DNA from: Octopus vulgaris | Lineage: Eukaryota | Assembly: GCA_951406725.2 (NCBI GenBank) | Contig: OX597822.1 | Span: 17,050,001-17,114,000 of the forward strand | DNA: 64,000 bases | Direction: 5' to 3' | In this document: positions 12,813 to 23,972 of the stretch, piece after piece | How the letters are laid out: every line of letters starts with the position of its first letter | How positions within the stretch are numbered: the first letter of the stretch is position 1 | Notes under the pieces: model-generated | The model's input: the letters and a program-made list of their open reading frames with translations, nothing else | Told to the model about the DNA's origin: nothing | The model's database searches: none | Made by a program: the position numbers and the translations under genes

Positions 12813-12820
<8 letters not shown>
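12147..12820 (-). mobile_element. Retrozyme-like non-coding element: 492-bp unit + 69-bp exact terminal duplication + inverted ~112-bp segment, inserted in (TA)n
   Basis: 12147..12215 is identical to 12639..12707; 12533..12644 is inverted at 12707..12820; internal type I hammerhead; (TA)n on both flanks. Confidence 0.75.
12271..12377 (-). ncRNA. Type I hammerhead ribozyme, canonical core
   Basis: Minus strand: AUUUCUUA-CUGAUGA-AUCU...AGAU-GAAAC-GGUGCAUC-GUC^UAAGAAAU. Perfect 8-bp stem I, stem II closing AUCU/AGAU, near-palindromic stem III, GUC cleavage triplet (12281-12279). Confidence 0.88.
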
Positions 12821-12843
<23 letters not shown>

Positions 12844-12879
12844 AATGGAGTTAAATATAGGTGTTATTCAATTCTTTAT

Positions 12880-12970
12880 ACTTTCGACATATGTTTCAAA
12901 GAAAACATTGGTATTATTCCAGAAGGAATAAAATGGTGTAAAACAATGCAATCTTCTCATCAGGGGAAAA
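12880..12970 (-). ncRNA. Type I hammerhead ribozyme motif (stem I partly decayed)
   Basis: Minus: UUUCCC-CUGAUGA-GAAGA...UCUUU-GAAAC-AUAU-GUC^GAAAG; palindromic stem III ACAUAUGU; lies in a ~170-bp block between (TA)n tracts. Confidence 0.7.
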
Positions 12971-13089
12971 AAAGAGAAACAAAACACATCAATAAGACAT
13001 TTTAACCAAATTTATATATATATATATATATGCATACATACATACAAACATACAAACATACATACATACGCACACACACACACACACGT

Positions 13090-14460
13090 ACAAATATATA
13101 CAGTAGAGTTGAAAGTCTCCATAGAAAGTCAGAAGTGAAAGAAGAGTTCTCATCAACAAAACTGAATGTTATCATTAATAAAATCAATTGACACAATTAT
13201 GGATCTCTGGAGTTTAGAAATCCATATTTATAGGTAATTATTTCATGCCTACATATCTTATGGATCTTTCGTCAGTCCCAAGTAAAATGGTGATATTAAC
13301 TTGAAATCATGTGATTCATAGGGACATAATCCCTGTTATATTTTGGTGAAAGCCCTTTACTAAAATATTGGTAGTTTGTAGATGTTGTGCGACTTGTGGA
13401 TTAGCTAGATGTCTCATGCTCGTTTGTTTAAGTTGTGTGTGTGTGTGTATGTGTGTGATTATGCAGTTAGTGTGCATCCTCTGTATGTGTGTCAATGTGT
13501 TATCATTGTTGCACATTATTTGCAGACTGTTATGGGTTTATGTTTGTGTGTGCATGCATGCATGTGTGTGTGTAGAATTAATTTATGCAGCTGATTAAGG
13601 TAGGTATGCATTGGCTGTTTATCAAAGCTGTGTGGTTATTCCACTATATTCTCCTAAAAATATGAGGTGAAACTTGATGTACAAGCATCTTCTGAAGATC
13701 TATTGGTTCAAGTATATAGTATTGGATTTTAATTGCTATAATATCTGCAACCTCTCAGTTAGGCAGAGCATGTCTCTTTATTCCTCTAATATTTAGCCTA
13801 AAACTATCCAGAATTTTCTATTTGGTGTTATATAGTATTCCTTTTTTCTTTTAGTTCTCGGACTCATGTCACAAGAGCTGCTGTCTTCTTTTCTAGATGT
13901 GTAAAAGACGTGATATGTGGACATACCATTGCTTAAAATGGTCCTATACCATTCTCACGTATTTTTCTTCACTCTCTCTTTCACTCGGGTCAACTGGCAT
14001 AATTGCTACCTTCATACACTATGGACTTCACTTAACATTCTTGTGGTGGATAGTAGTCATCCTTTATTCTGAAGGAACACCCTTCAGATTTGTCTTTCTG
14101 GGTGATATTCACTGAATGCCTACTGAACATATTTGTACTGAAGGAAGAAATGTTTATCTCTTAGGTTTAAGAGGGACATGGGAACCAGATCCTTTTCTTA
14201 CTTCTGTTTTCGTTTTCCTCAGGCAGATTGGGCTTAGTTTTATTTTATTTTTAAATTCACTATCTTCAAGTGAAGGGTTGCTTCATCAAATATCTCTTTA
14301 GAGGAAGATAAACCAGAGAGCCTGTGGTTAATATTGGGGACTAGGTTTTTAAATATTATGTCATCCTCTGGGGCTGATGAGAGATCCATAAGATATGTAG
14401 GTATTAAATAATTCTCTACGAATATGGATTTCAAAACCTCAGTTACTCCCATCTGTGTCA
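13090..14460 (-). mobile_element. Degenerate Naiad-type Penelope-like element with inverted pLTR pair
   Basis: Minus ORF 14240..14452 IIFKNLVPNINHRLSGLSSSKEIFDEA resembles IVFKNLVKNISKRISSLSSDEDIFNS of the 16.2-19 kb element. 13201..13295 and ~14355..14450 are inverted copies, each with a decayed hammerhead (CUGACGA/CUGAUGA, stem II AGAUCCAUA/UAUGGAUUU). Confidence 0.6.
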
Positions 14461-14724
14461 GTAGACTGTATTATAAATTACACACACACACACGTATATT
14501 ACTGGTTACACATACATAGTGTATGTGTTGTTTTGTTTAAATGCTCATGTGTGTTGCAGGATAGGATCCAGGGAAAGCTCCCTACATGACACCGAGTGTT
14601 AAAGGACACTGAGTCTCCCAGATACTCTCTCCACAGAAAATGGGTGTTTAAACAAAACACATTCACAATGTATGTGTAACTGATAATGTTTACATTGCTA
14701 GAGCTGCCTTTAATTTGTCATACA

Positions 14725-14791
14725 CAGACAGACTGACACAGACAAACAGACAGACACACACACACACAGGCAGACAGACAGAGAGGCAGGC

Positions 14792-14875
<84 letters not shown>

Positions 14876-14982
14876 GATAGATAGATAGATAGACAGACAA
14901 ACAGACAGGCAAACAGACAGACAGACACAGACAGACATACAGATAGATAGACAGACAGACAGGCAGATAGCTAGCTAGCTAC

Positions 14983-15067
<85 letters not shown>

Positions 15068-15095
15068 CTGAGCGATAGACAGACTGACAGACAGA
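14725..15095. repeat. (GACA)n/(GATA)n compound microsatellite
   Basis: Direct inspection. Confidence 0.95.
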
Positions 15096-15747
15096 TATGT
15101 ATACATGCATGATAGGCTTCTTACAGTTTCCATCTACCAAATTCACTCACAACCCAGGGCTATAGTAGAAAGCACTAACTCAAAGATACCACCACACAGT
15201 GGGAGTGAACCCTTAGTCATGTGATTCAAATAGGGACATTTTAACCCCACTACCAAGCTTGAACCGATTAGCCTTGCCTGCACTTATCATAATATTTAAA
15301 ATGTTGAAAAGAATTTTTAAAACATCAGCATCACATGATTCTAAATTCAGCCTGAGTTCATTATGTTATAAATGATTTTAATCTATAGATTCCGTTATTA
15401 AATAAAGCACATCTACAAATAACTTTATTAATATCTAAAACAGGGATGGATACCTTTGTGTTTATGGAGAGAAAATAGTTTTCCAGTTTGAAGATTGTCA
15501 AGATACACTTGTTATTTGCCAGAATCTTACTTTTACCATTTCCACTGGTGTAAATAGAATTGCTATATTTCTATTTTGACCTTTGGGGTTTTGAAAATAA
15601 ATATAAATAAAATATTCAAACCAAAATATATAAAAAGAAAATTCTTTGGTCTGTTTTGTGTCATCTAAATTGAAAATACTCAGGTGAATTGCTATTTTCA
15701 TTGCAAGGAAGAATAAGTGAAAGTTAAAGAAAAAGTTTACATCCATG

Positions 15748-15778
<31 letters not shown>

Positions 15779-16317
15779 CGCTCATCTATATATGTTAGAG
15801 AATAATATAGGATATTCAAACACTTTCCAGAACATAGTGAATACATAAATCACCTGAAACCAACTCAGCAACCTTACAAACCATTCGCCAAATCTCAAAT
15901 CAGTCATTTGACCCACAAGAATTTTCAAATAGAGAAAAACTGAAGTCATTCCAAGACTTATTCTAAAATTCTGCCTTTTCTACATTTTGTTAAAGTCTTG
16001 AATATTCTATAAATAAACAGGAGTTGTACTGAAAGTAATGCCAAAGGGGTCAGAACTTTTTTATTTACTGACAAAGAACATTGAAATTACAGATATTGGT
16101 AGAGTAACTTTTCCCCTATGGTAATTCTTCTTGCTGGAGACACACCAGGCCATTATCACTGAGTTTTCCACAAACGAATGGTGCCATTATGTATTTTTAT
16201 ATAATTTTTATGACGAAAAATGCGAGCGATGTATAAGTACGCAGGCAAAGCAGAGTTATAACAGAGTAATTTCCCTTCATTTTTAACGGTATTTTTTCAT
16301 AACGTTTTCAGATGGCC

Positions 16318-16380
16318 AGATAACCGAAGAGATGGTGTTGTGGATTTCCACTTCGGCATCTGAAACTCAGAGTTTTATCT
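16318..16380 (+). ncRNA. Hammerhead-like motif in 5' pLTR (variant core CCGAAGA)
   Basis: AGAUAA-CCGAAGA-GAUG...CAUC-U-GAAAC-UCAGA-GUU^UUAUCU; 6-bp stem I, palindromic stem III. Confidence 0.65.
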
Positions 16381-16581
16381 TGACTACCGAGTAATGTAAC
16401 ATATTGTATAGATAAATTTCCTCTATTTACATAATATTGAGGTCTCTTTCTTTCCATTTGTTATCTTACCGTTTTACCAATAAATCACCTGCCGGACGAC
16501 GTTATTCTCAACTAAGAGCTAATACGGCCTTTTTGGATTATCGCCTAACATCGGTTGAGGACTCTCACATACAGAATATGT

Positions 16582-18689
16582 ATGGATGCATATCACATAG
16601 ATTATTACTCTATGAAAAATATACCGATCCCATCAAAGGAATTTTACTCTAAGAAACTTCTACAGAAAATTACTGATGTAATTAAGCGTATGAGATGGAA
16701 GGCTTTCTTTTTTGATACAGAAGCGGACACCAAGGAAAACATTTTCTATCGAATAAAATCCAAAAAATTCCCTCCCAGGATTAAAGGCTTGGAAGATTTC
16801 GAAGCGGACCTGCTGAAAATTATGAGCAAAATAAAATTTCGTAAGTCTTTTAACGATTTCCAACATAAATTGAAAAAAGGTATTAATCATATAAAGAGCT
16901 CCAAGAAAAAAGCACTTTTTTCGGATAAAACCAAGAACTTATACCTGGTAGATAACAGCAAATACACACAACTCTTACACAACAGCATCATTAATAATTA
17001 TACTAAGGCTAGGGCACGGACATATAACGAAATCAATAAAGAAGCTAGCGTCATCGCCGCTAAACTTAAATTAGATAAAAAAATAGAAGCCCTCCCCCAA
17101 AAAGAGGCCTTTATTACTATTAAAGATCATAAAGAAAACTTCCTTTCCAACCCTAAATGTAGGCTTATCAACCCAGCCAAGTCAGAACTTGGGATTATTA
17201 GCAAAGAAATTTTAGATAAAATAAATACGAAAATTAAGACCGATACTAGGCTAGTACAATGGTCCAATAGTATAGAAGTCGTAGACTGGTTTAAAGCTAT
17301 TAAGAATAAGAAAAAAGCGAGGTTTACACAATTCGATATTGTTGATTTTTATGCCTCTATCTCTAAAGAACTGCTAGATAAAGCCCTCATCTTCGCTAGT
17401 GACTTCATAGAAATTAGTACCAATGATAAGGAAATAATCTTCCATGCTAGAAAGACCTTACTTTTCAGTGAGGACGCAAAGTGGGTAAAAAACACCGACA
17501 CAGAGGGCGCTTTCGATGTGAGCATGGGTTCATATGATAGGGCAGGCATCTGTGATCTAATTGGACTTTTTCTCCTAGATACCTTAGGTAAGACATTCCC
17601 TAACGTACATTTCGCCATCTAAAAAGATGATGCCCTCGCCTTAACAGCTAATACAAATGGACCAGCACAAGATCGTTTTAGGAAGGATATTATCCAGTTA
17701 ATGAAGCACTTCGGACTTAGTATAACTATAGATACTAACTTGACGGTTGTCAATTTCTTAGACGTTTCCTTAGATCTTAATAAGAATATTTATAAGCCTT
17801 ATAGGAAGCCCAATGATAGACTAAGTTATATTAATGTAGGTTCATGCCATCCCCCTATAGTATTCAAAAATTTAGTTAAAAATATTAGTAAGAGGATTTC
17901 TAGCCTCTCATCTGATGAGGACATCTTCAATAGCGTTGCCCCAGTTTATAATAAGGCTTTAAAAGATAGTGGTTTTAGCGATAAAATAAAATATACACCT
18001 ATCACTAGCCCAACAGTAAAGAAAAGGAATAATAGAAATAGGAAGGTCATCTGGTTTACGCCCCTTACTCACCCGAATATTTCCTAGCACTGATAGATAG
18101 ACATTTTCCAGTTAACCATACTTATAGGAAACTCTTCAATAGACACAATTTAAAAATTAGTTTTAGTTCAACTACCAATTTTAAAAACATAATCAAACAT
18201 AACATACAAAAAACACAAGAAGAAAACAGCTGTTCATGCAGGAATAAAGAATTGTGCCCGCTAAATGGAGCTTGCATGTCCAAGACCATCATATATGAAG
18301 CTACCATAAACTCTATAACCACTAAAGACACCGTTTCGACGAAGAAATACGTGGGCCTTACAGAGGGTAATTTCAAGGCCAGGTTCAATAACCACACTTT
18401 GAGCTTTAGGCACTGGAACAAAAGAAAAGCGACACAATTGTCTAATAATATTTGGTCTTTAAGAGATAAAGGTGTCGATTATAACATACAATGGAAGATT
18501 TTGGCCAGATGTAAGCCCTATACTAACGGCAGCGGAAGGTGCGGTCTATGCGACATGGAGAGATGGCTTATCTGGAAAAGCAGCTTAGACCCTACTACAT
18601 GTCTAAATACAAGGACAGAGCTTTTCGGATCATGCCCACATGTGACTAAGTTTCTGTTACGTTTTTGGTCCCCTAAAGAAAACAGATAG
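16582..18689 (+). pseudogene. PLE reverse transcriptase + GIY-YIG endonuclease, disrupted
   Basis: YSMKNIPIPS..KRMRWKAFFF, CRLINPAKSELG, QFDIVDFYASI, FDVSMGSYD. The catalytic motif reads I*KDD (TAA at 17620-17622 at the Tyr position). Frameshift/deletion ~18060-18090; linker CSCRNKELCPLNGAC; IIYEATI..YVGLTEGNFKARFNNH; C-terminal CGLC..LNTRTELFGSCPH. Confidence 0.9.
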
Positions 18690-18871
18690 AACATGCTTTC
18701 TATGTTATGTCCCAAGAAGAATTTATATATTTTTATATATTTTTTATGTATTTTTATATAATTTTTATGACGAAAAATGCGAGCGATGTATAAGTACGCA
18801 GGCAAGCAGAGTTATAACAGAGTAATTTCCCTTTATTTAACGGTATTTTTTCATAACGTTTTCAAATAGCC

Positions 18872-18934
18872 AGATAACCGAAGAGATGGTGTTGTGGATT
18901 TCCACTTCGGCATCTGAAACTCAGAGTTTTATCT
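18872..18934 (+). ncRNA. Hammerhead-like motif in 3' pLTR (same as 16318..16380)
   Basis: Same sequence, 2554 nt downstream. Confidence 0.65.
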
Positions 18935-19044
18935 TGACTACCGAGTAATGTAACATATTGTATAGATAAATTTCCTCTATTTACATAATATTGAGGTCTC
19001 TTTCTTTCTTTTGTTATCTTACCGTTTTATCAATATATATATTA

Positions 19045-19240
19045 TATAGGGAGAGTTTATGAAAAAAAACAAAAGACGAAGACAGGTGGTGTACAAAACA
19101 AACAGATGTATTAGTATAACGCTCAGGAATAGAAAAAAGTCTTTTACGTTTCGAGCCTACGCTCTTCTACAGAAAGGGACACAAAAAAAACAAGGAGAGA
19201 AAAAAATGTGTGTAATGGCTAACGATCTATCATGGTGACT
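19045..19240 (-). mobile_element. Short PLE-pLTR-like repeat with minimal hammerhead motif
   Basis: Minus 19176..19141: CUUU-CUGUAGA-A-GAGC-GUAG-GCUC-GAAAC-GUA^AAAG. Body shared with 29143..29260 (+) and 48290..48432 (-); related motifs at ~35510 and ~36310. Confidence 0.6.
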
Positions 19241-19510
19241 ATAAATCCTTAAAATCCTTAACAATGTTTTAGCCCGAAGGCCGCGGCCATGCTGGGGTAC
19301 CACCACTGTCCTTAAATCCTTAAAAATGTTTTAGCCCGAAAGAGGAGTTGTAGGGTACCGCACGAGTGGAATTATATACGAAAGAAGGTTTGAAAATGCA
19401 ATTTTAAAAGATGTTTATTTACTTTACCGGTTTCACTCTTTGGAAAAAGATTGTCAAAAATTAACATGTAGAAGTTTGGTTGCGTTAATTATTGGTTGTT
19501 ACAAAATGCT

Positions 19511-19900
19511 ACATTTTGGTAACAAGGACATGTTAAGGACATGAAAAAGTTTAACAAGTTCCTTAGAATATTGGGCACAAAAGATTACAACATAAATAGA
19601 CATTCTCAAGAACATTCTCAAGATAGTTTCCAGAAGGAATTATTAGAAAGTTCAGTGGGATATTGGTATTGTATCTGTATATTCAAACACCACAGAATAT
19701 TGGTTGACACAGAGTACTACAATACATATATATACATTCTTTGGTGACAAGAACATGTTAAGAACATAAAAAAGTTTAACAAGTTCATTGAAATATTGGG
19801 CATAAAAGATTACAACAAATATATTATATATTCTCAAGATAATTTCCAGAAGGAATTATTAAAAAGTTCAGTGGAATATTGGTATACAGGCACAGAATAT
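19511..19900. repeat. Diverged local tandem duplication (~225-bp period)
   Basis: aaagtttaacaagttc...atattgggca..aaagattacaac...tttccagaaggaattatta.aaagttcagtgg occurs at ~19545-19670 and ~19770-19885. Confidence 0.8.
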
Positions 19901-20215
19901 TATGAGTTCAAAAGGGTTTACATTATAATAGTAGGGAAGCTAAAACTGACCTGTCCACCATATTATCTATTTCAAGGGACATTGTAGGTGTGTTTGGGTG
20001 GAGGGAGGAGGAGTAATGTGGAACTGAAAAGAATTTCTCCTTTTTGTCTCTCCTTCAAGCATCAATGATTTGGGGGATTGGTTTTTAGAGGTTAAAGTGG
20101 TTTGAGTGTGTGTGTATATACATATGTGGTGTTAATAGATATGTCTGTGTGTTTGTAAAATCTGGTAGGATGATGTGTGTATATGTGTGCCTGTTTGTCA
20201 ACCATGTGTGTGATG

Positions 20216-20246
<31 letters not shown>

Positions 20247-21293
20247 GTATGATTGGCATTTGGCATGGTGCTGCATGTGTATATGTGTGTCTGTATGGAG
20301 GTCAGAATGGTGTGAGTGAGTGTGTGTATATATATGTATACATGTGTTTGTGTGTGTGGGGGGGCTGTTTTTGATTGGTCCCAGGGTCCATTGTGGTGTA
20401 AATAGATGTGTTTTTTAAAAATTTGGTAGGATGGTGTGTGTATATGTGTGCCCGTTTGTGTATGTGTGTATGTGTGTGGTTAATGTTTGTTAGTGAGTTG
20501 TGTGTGCGTTAGTGTGTATATGTTTGTTCGTATGTGTGTCCATGTCTGTTGGGTGTATCTGTGTGGCGTGTGTGTGTGTATATGTGTTTTGTGTGTGTTG
20601 GTATTGAGTATGTGTTTGTGTGTGTGCGTATATATGGTGTGAGTATATAAGTCTTTGTGTGTGTATATATATGTATACATGTGTTTGTGTGTGTGTGTGT
20701 GGGCTGTTTTTGAATGGTCCCAGGGTCCATTGTGGTGAAAACCTACATACATACAAACATTTATATATATGCATATATACAAACATATATATGTATGTAT
20801 GTACATAAATATATATATTTTTTCTCTAGTTTCAGCTCAGAGCTGCGGCCATGCTTCCTGAGATTCACCAGCACTACACCTGATTTTCTCCCCTCCATAC
20901 ACATGCAAGCATGTATCTCACTCATACACTGTTCACTTTCCAGACATTTGTACATTACTGCATATGCTTTATACGCACCTTTGACAAGTTGTGGTGCACC
21001 TGAGCACTGTATATAACAATTTCTTTATTAGTATTATATGTGCGCACTCATGTGTGTGCATGTGTGATGGACTTCCACACAGTTTGAATCAAATTCAACT
21101 CTCAAGGCATTGACTTTTGTCAACTAGAAGACAAAGTAGAGATACTTGCTTAAGGTGTCACTCCAAAGAAATCAAACACAGGCCTACATGTTTGAGGATC
21201 AAATAATGTGAGCCACAAACATGTTCATGGCTCTAAGCAATCATTTATCAAGTTTGTTGATATCTTAACCATTAAATATTCATTCCCTATCAC

Positions 21294-22002
21294 GGATCTT
21301 TTCGGTTTGAACGGCAGTTTTTAACATAATTTCTAGGTAACTAAAAAATTTTAAACTTCGTATACTGGTAGAATGTGTTTATAAAACATCATTTTTTTTT
21401 TGGCTTTATTGAGAAAATTCTATATGTTGTAACATATTTTGTCTTTAATTTCTTGCATTTCGGCAATTTCAACCAATCAATGACCGTCTATTGAGGTGAA
21501 AACATTCTGTGCCGTATGAATATGTCCCTTGTTTAAGAAACAGATTGGGTTTATTTACATTTGTGAAGAAAGAAAGATACCCTTCCCCCATCCCTAACCC
21601 TAACCCTAACTAACCCTAAATCTAGCGGTGTCATATGAAATTGTCACCCATAATTATGACCCTAGTATCGATCTATTGCATTTCAATCTATTTTAGATTT
21701 AGGGTTAGGGTTAGGGTATCTTTTTTTTTTCACAAACGTAAATAAACCCAATGTGTTTCTTAAACGAGGGACATATTCATACGGCACAGAATGCTTTTTA
21801 ACTCAATAGATGGTCATTGATTGGTTGAAATTGCCGAAATGCAAGAAATTAAAGGCCAAATATCTTACAAACTATAGAATTTTCTCAATAAAGCCAAGAG
21901 AAAAAGATGTTTTATAAACACATTCTACCAGAATACGAAGTTTAAAATTTTTTAGTTACCTAGAAATTATGTTAAAAACTGCCGTTCAAACTGAAAAGAT
22001 CC
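21294..22002. mobile_element. Palindromic non-autonomous DNA transposon (Merlin-like), ~320-bp TIRs, 8-bp TSD
   Basis: TSD CCTATCAC at 21286..21293 and 22003..22010. Termini GGATCTTTTCGGTTTGAACGGCAG / CTGCCGTTCAAACTGAAAAGATCC. GG termini with an 8-bp TSD fit the Merlin superfamily. Confidence 0.85.
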
Positions 22003-23069
22003 CCTATCACTTTTGGGATCTACACTGTAGGTGAACTGGCTAAGAGTATCTAAGTGCCTTTACCTTGAGAACGACAGTTCAGTTGTAATTGATAAGGCAT
22101 TATGACAATCTAGATTTGCCAGAGAGGCCAACGAATACACATCCATCTGCTGAGCAATTTGTTCATAAAGAAACAGCACTTATTCATTGCTATAGTATCC
22201 ATAACTATCTGGAATTACCAGACACACAGTGACAATAAAAATATCAACTAAGAAATTAATGAGTGCGCAACAAAGAATTCAGTGTAGCCTTGAGGTCATC
22301 TCAGCAAGTCTATTTTACATTGGGCTGTCTGTTAGTCTCCTCATCACCACCACTTCAATCTCTCCTGAAGAGAGAGGGAGAGGGAGACAGACAGAGATTG
22401 GCAGACAGATCTCTCTCCCTCTCTCTCTCTACCTCTCATACATACACACTGCCTCTTTCTTTCACCAAGAACAAATGTGATCTACTGGAGTAAATCCATA
22501 CAATCTATCACTTCTATCAGTTAATCTAAACTATTTCCTAACTGCTAATATATTCTGATCAGACCCAGATAACACCAGTTTCCCTGCTGTTTCACTATTT
22601 TGTTGTTTTCTCAGACTTTCGTATTCTGATTCCTGAAAACTCAAAAATGTGAGGCCACGAAGAGTGTGGTCAAGGAATTCATTTCCCAAGACATGCAGTT
22701 TCTGGTTCCATCCTCATTGTGCTGTATTATGGGTAAGTTTCTTTTTCTTTTGCCCCAGGGTGACTGAGTGAATTTGGTGGACAGGGATTTGGTAGGAGTT
22801 AATCATACAAACATACATTCGTAACTCTCTTGCTCAAGTTTGTGACCAGGAAATCAGTAGCATAATTAGGATAATTAATGAACTTGAGGAGAGATAGGAA
22901 ATAAGAGCTGATACAGATCTCTCCCTAAGGAGCATGGCTAAAATTTGTTTATCAGGACAAAATAGATTTTGAAAAAATGAACCAGTTCACTGAGAAGAGA
23001 ATACATGGGGGTACTTGGCATGAGAAACACAAACTATACAAGGGGTTGATCATGTCAAAAGTTTGTCGT

Positions 23070-23696
23070 GGGGTATGGACAAGCTTATTGACATCCCATT
23101 TTGAAGGCTACATCCATGCAATCTAAAAACAAGAGGTCCCCACCAAGTACTTACTGCGTATGAGGCAGAAAACGTTAACAGACAACAAATGCAGGTGGAA
23201 GAAAACCAAAATTGAAGACATCAACCAGATTATTGCTAGCTGCGAGAGGATGTCTTCCATATATTATGATGCAGTGACCAGAATGGTCTGGAACAAGATA
23301 ACTAAAAAGAAAACTCCTACAGACGAAGTTGACCATATTCAGACCGATGGATCAAAAGAATATTGGTAGAGCTTAAAAAAATCAAAATAGCCACCAAGTT
23401 AAAAGTGGAACTGGTCAGATATATTTGTTGTTGCGTGGGACCACAAAGAAAAGACATGTTTTGTTGTGGAAATAAGCTGCCCTCTGGACACCAATGTGGT
23501 CAGGAAAATACAAGAGAAAGACAACATCTATGGACCATTAATAAGGAGTTTGCAAATTCAGTCCCCAAGATACACTTTCAGCTTCATATGTATTATCATT
23601 GAAGCAACAGGTTACATACCGACCCATCTGGAGCAAAGTATGGCTGAACTTGGAATCTTGGGGAGTGAATGCAAATTCTTAATTCATACACTACAC
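23070..23696 (+). mobile_element. Degenerate RLE-type non-LTR retrotransposon 3' fragment
   Basis: DNKCRWKKTKIEDINQIIASC (decayed CCHC), EISCPLDTNVVRKIQEKDNIYGPL, IIIEATGYIP. Confidence 0.65.
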
Positions 23697-23945
23697 ATAT
23701 GGCCTAATGGTTAATCTGTTGCACTCACAATTGCCAGAGCATGGGGTCAGTTCCCCGACTGGATGGTGTGTTCTTGAGCAAGACACATTTTATTTCATGT
23801 TGTTCCCCTTCTGATCAGTGGGGAATGTTCACCTGCTCACCTAGCCAGCAGTGTGGCATCATTTGAAGGCTAGAACAATGCAAAAGTGCATTGTTACCAG
23901 CGATCTGTAACAACATCTGATAGCCTGGTCAGTCGTGTGATCACA
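23697..23945 (+). mobile_element. SINE family B, degenerate
   Basis: atggcctaatggttaa...gtgttcttgagcaagacacattttatttcatgttg. Confidence 0.55.
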
Positions 23946-23972
23946 TGATATATATATGTGTGTGTGTGTGTA

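Larger units (their letters stand above)
16187..19035 (+). mobile_element. Penelope-like retroelement, Naiad-type, near full length with direct pseudo-LTRs
   Basis: pLTRs 16187..16482 and 18744..19035 are nearly identical and enclose an RT + GIY-YIG ORF; the 3' end runs into (TA)n. Confidence 0.92.

Noticed and set aside
16582-18689. Selenoprotein-encoding Naiad
   Set aside because: The in-frame stop is TAA at the catalytic Tyr position, not TGA at a Cys position; the conserved cysteines are normal codons.
16187-19035. LTR retrotransposon
   Set aside because: Direct repeats lack TG..CA ends, PBS and PPT; the ORF is PLE RT + GIY-YIG with no gag, protease or integrase.
19420-19460. Further hammerheads (minus GAAACCGGUA here; similar at ~39920)
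   Set aside because: The stem III half is present but there is no recognisable CUGANGA core or stem I; too decayed to call.
21592-21716. Chromosome-fusion site or true telomere
   Set aside because: Only 3-4 units per side, oriented CCCTAA..TTAGGG (opposite to an end-to-end fusion), and inside a TSD-flanked transposon.
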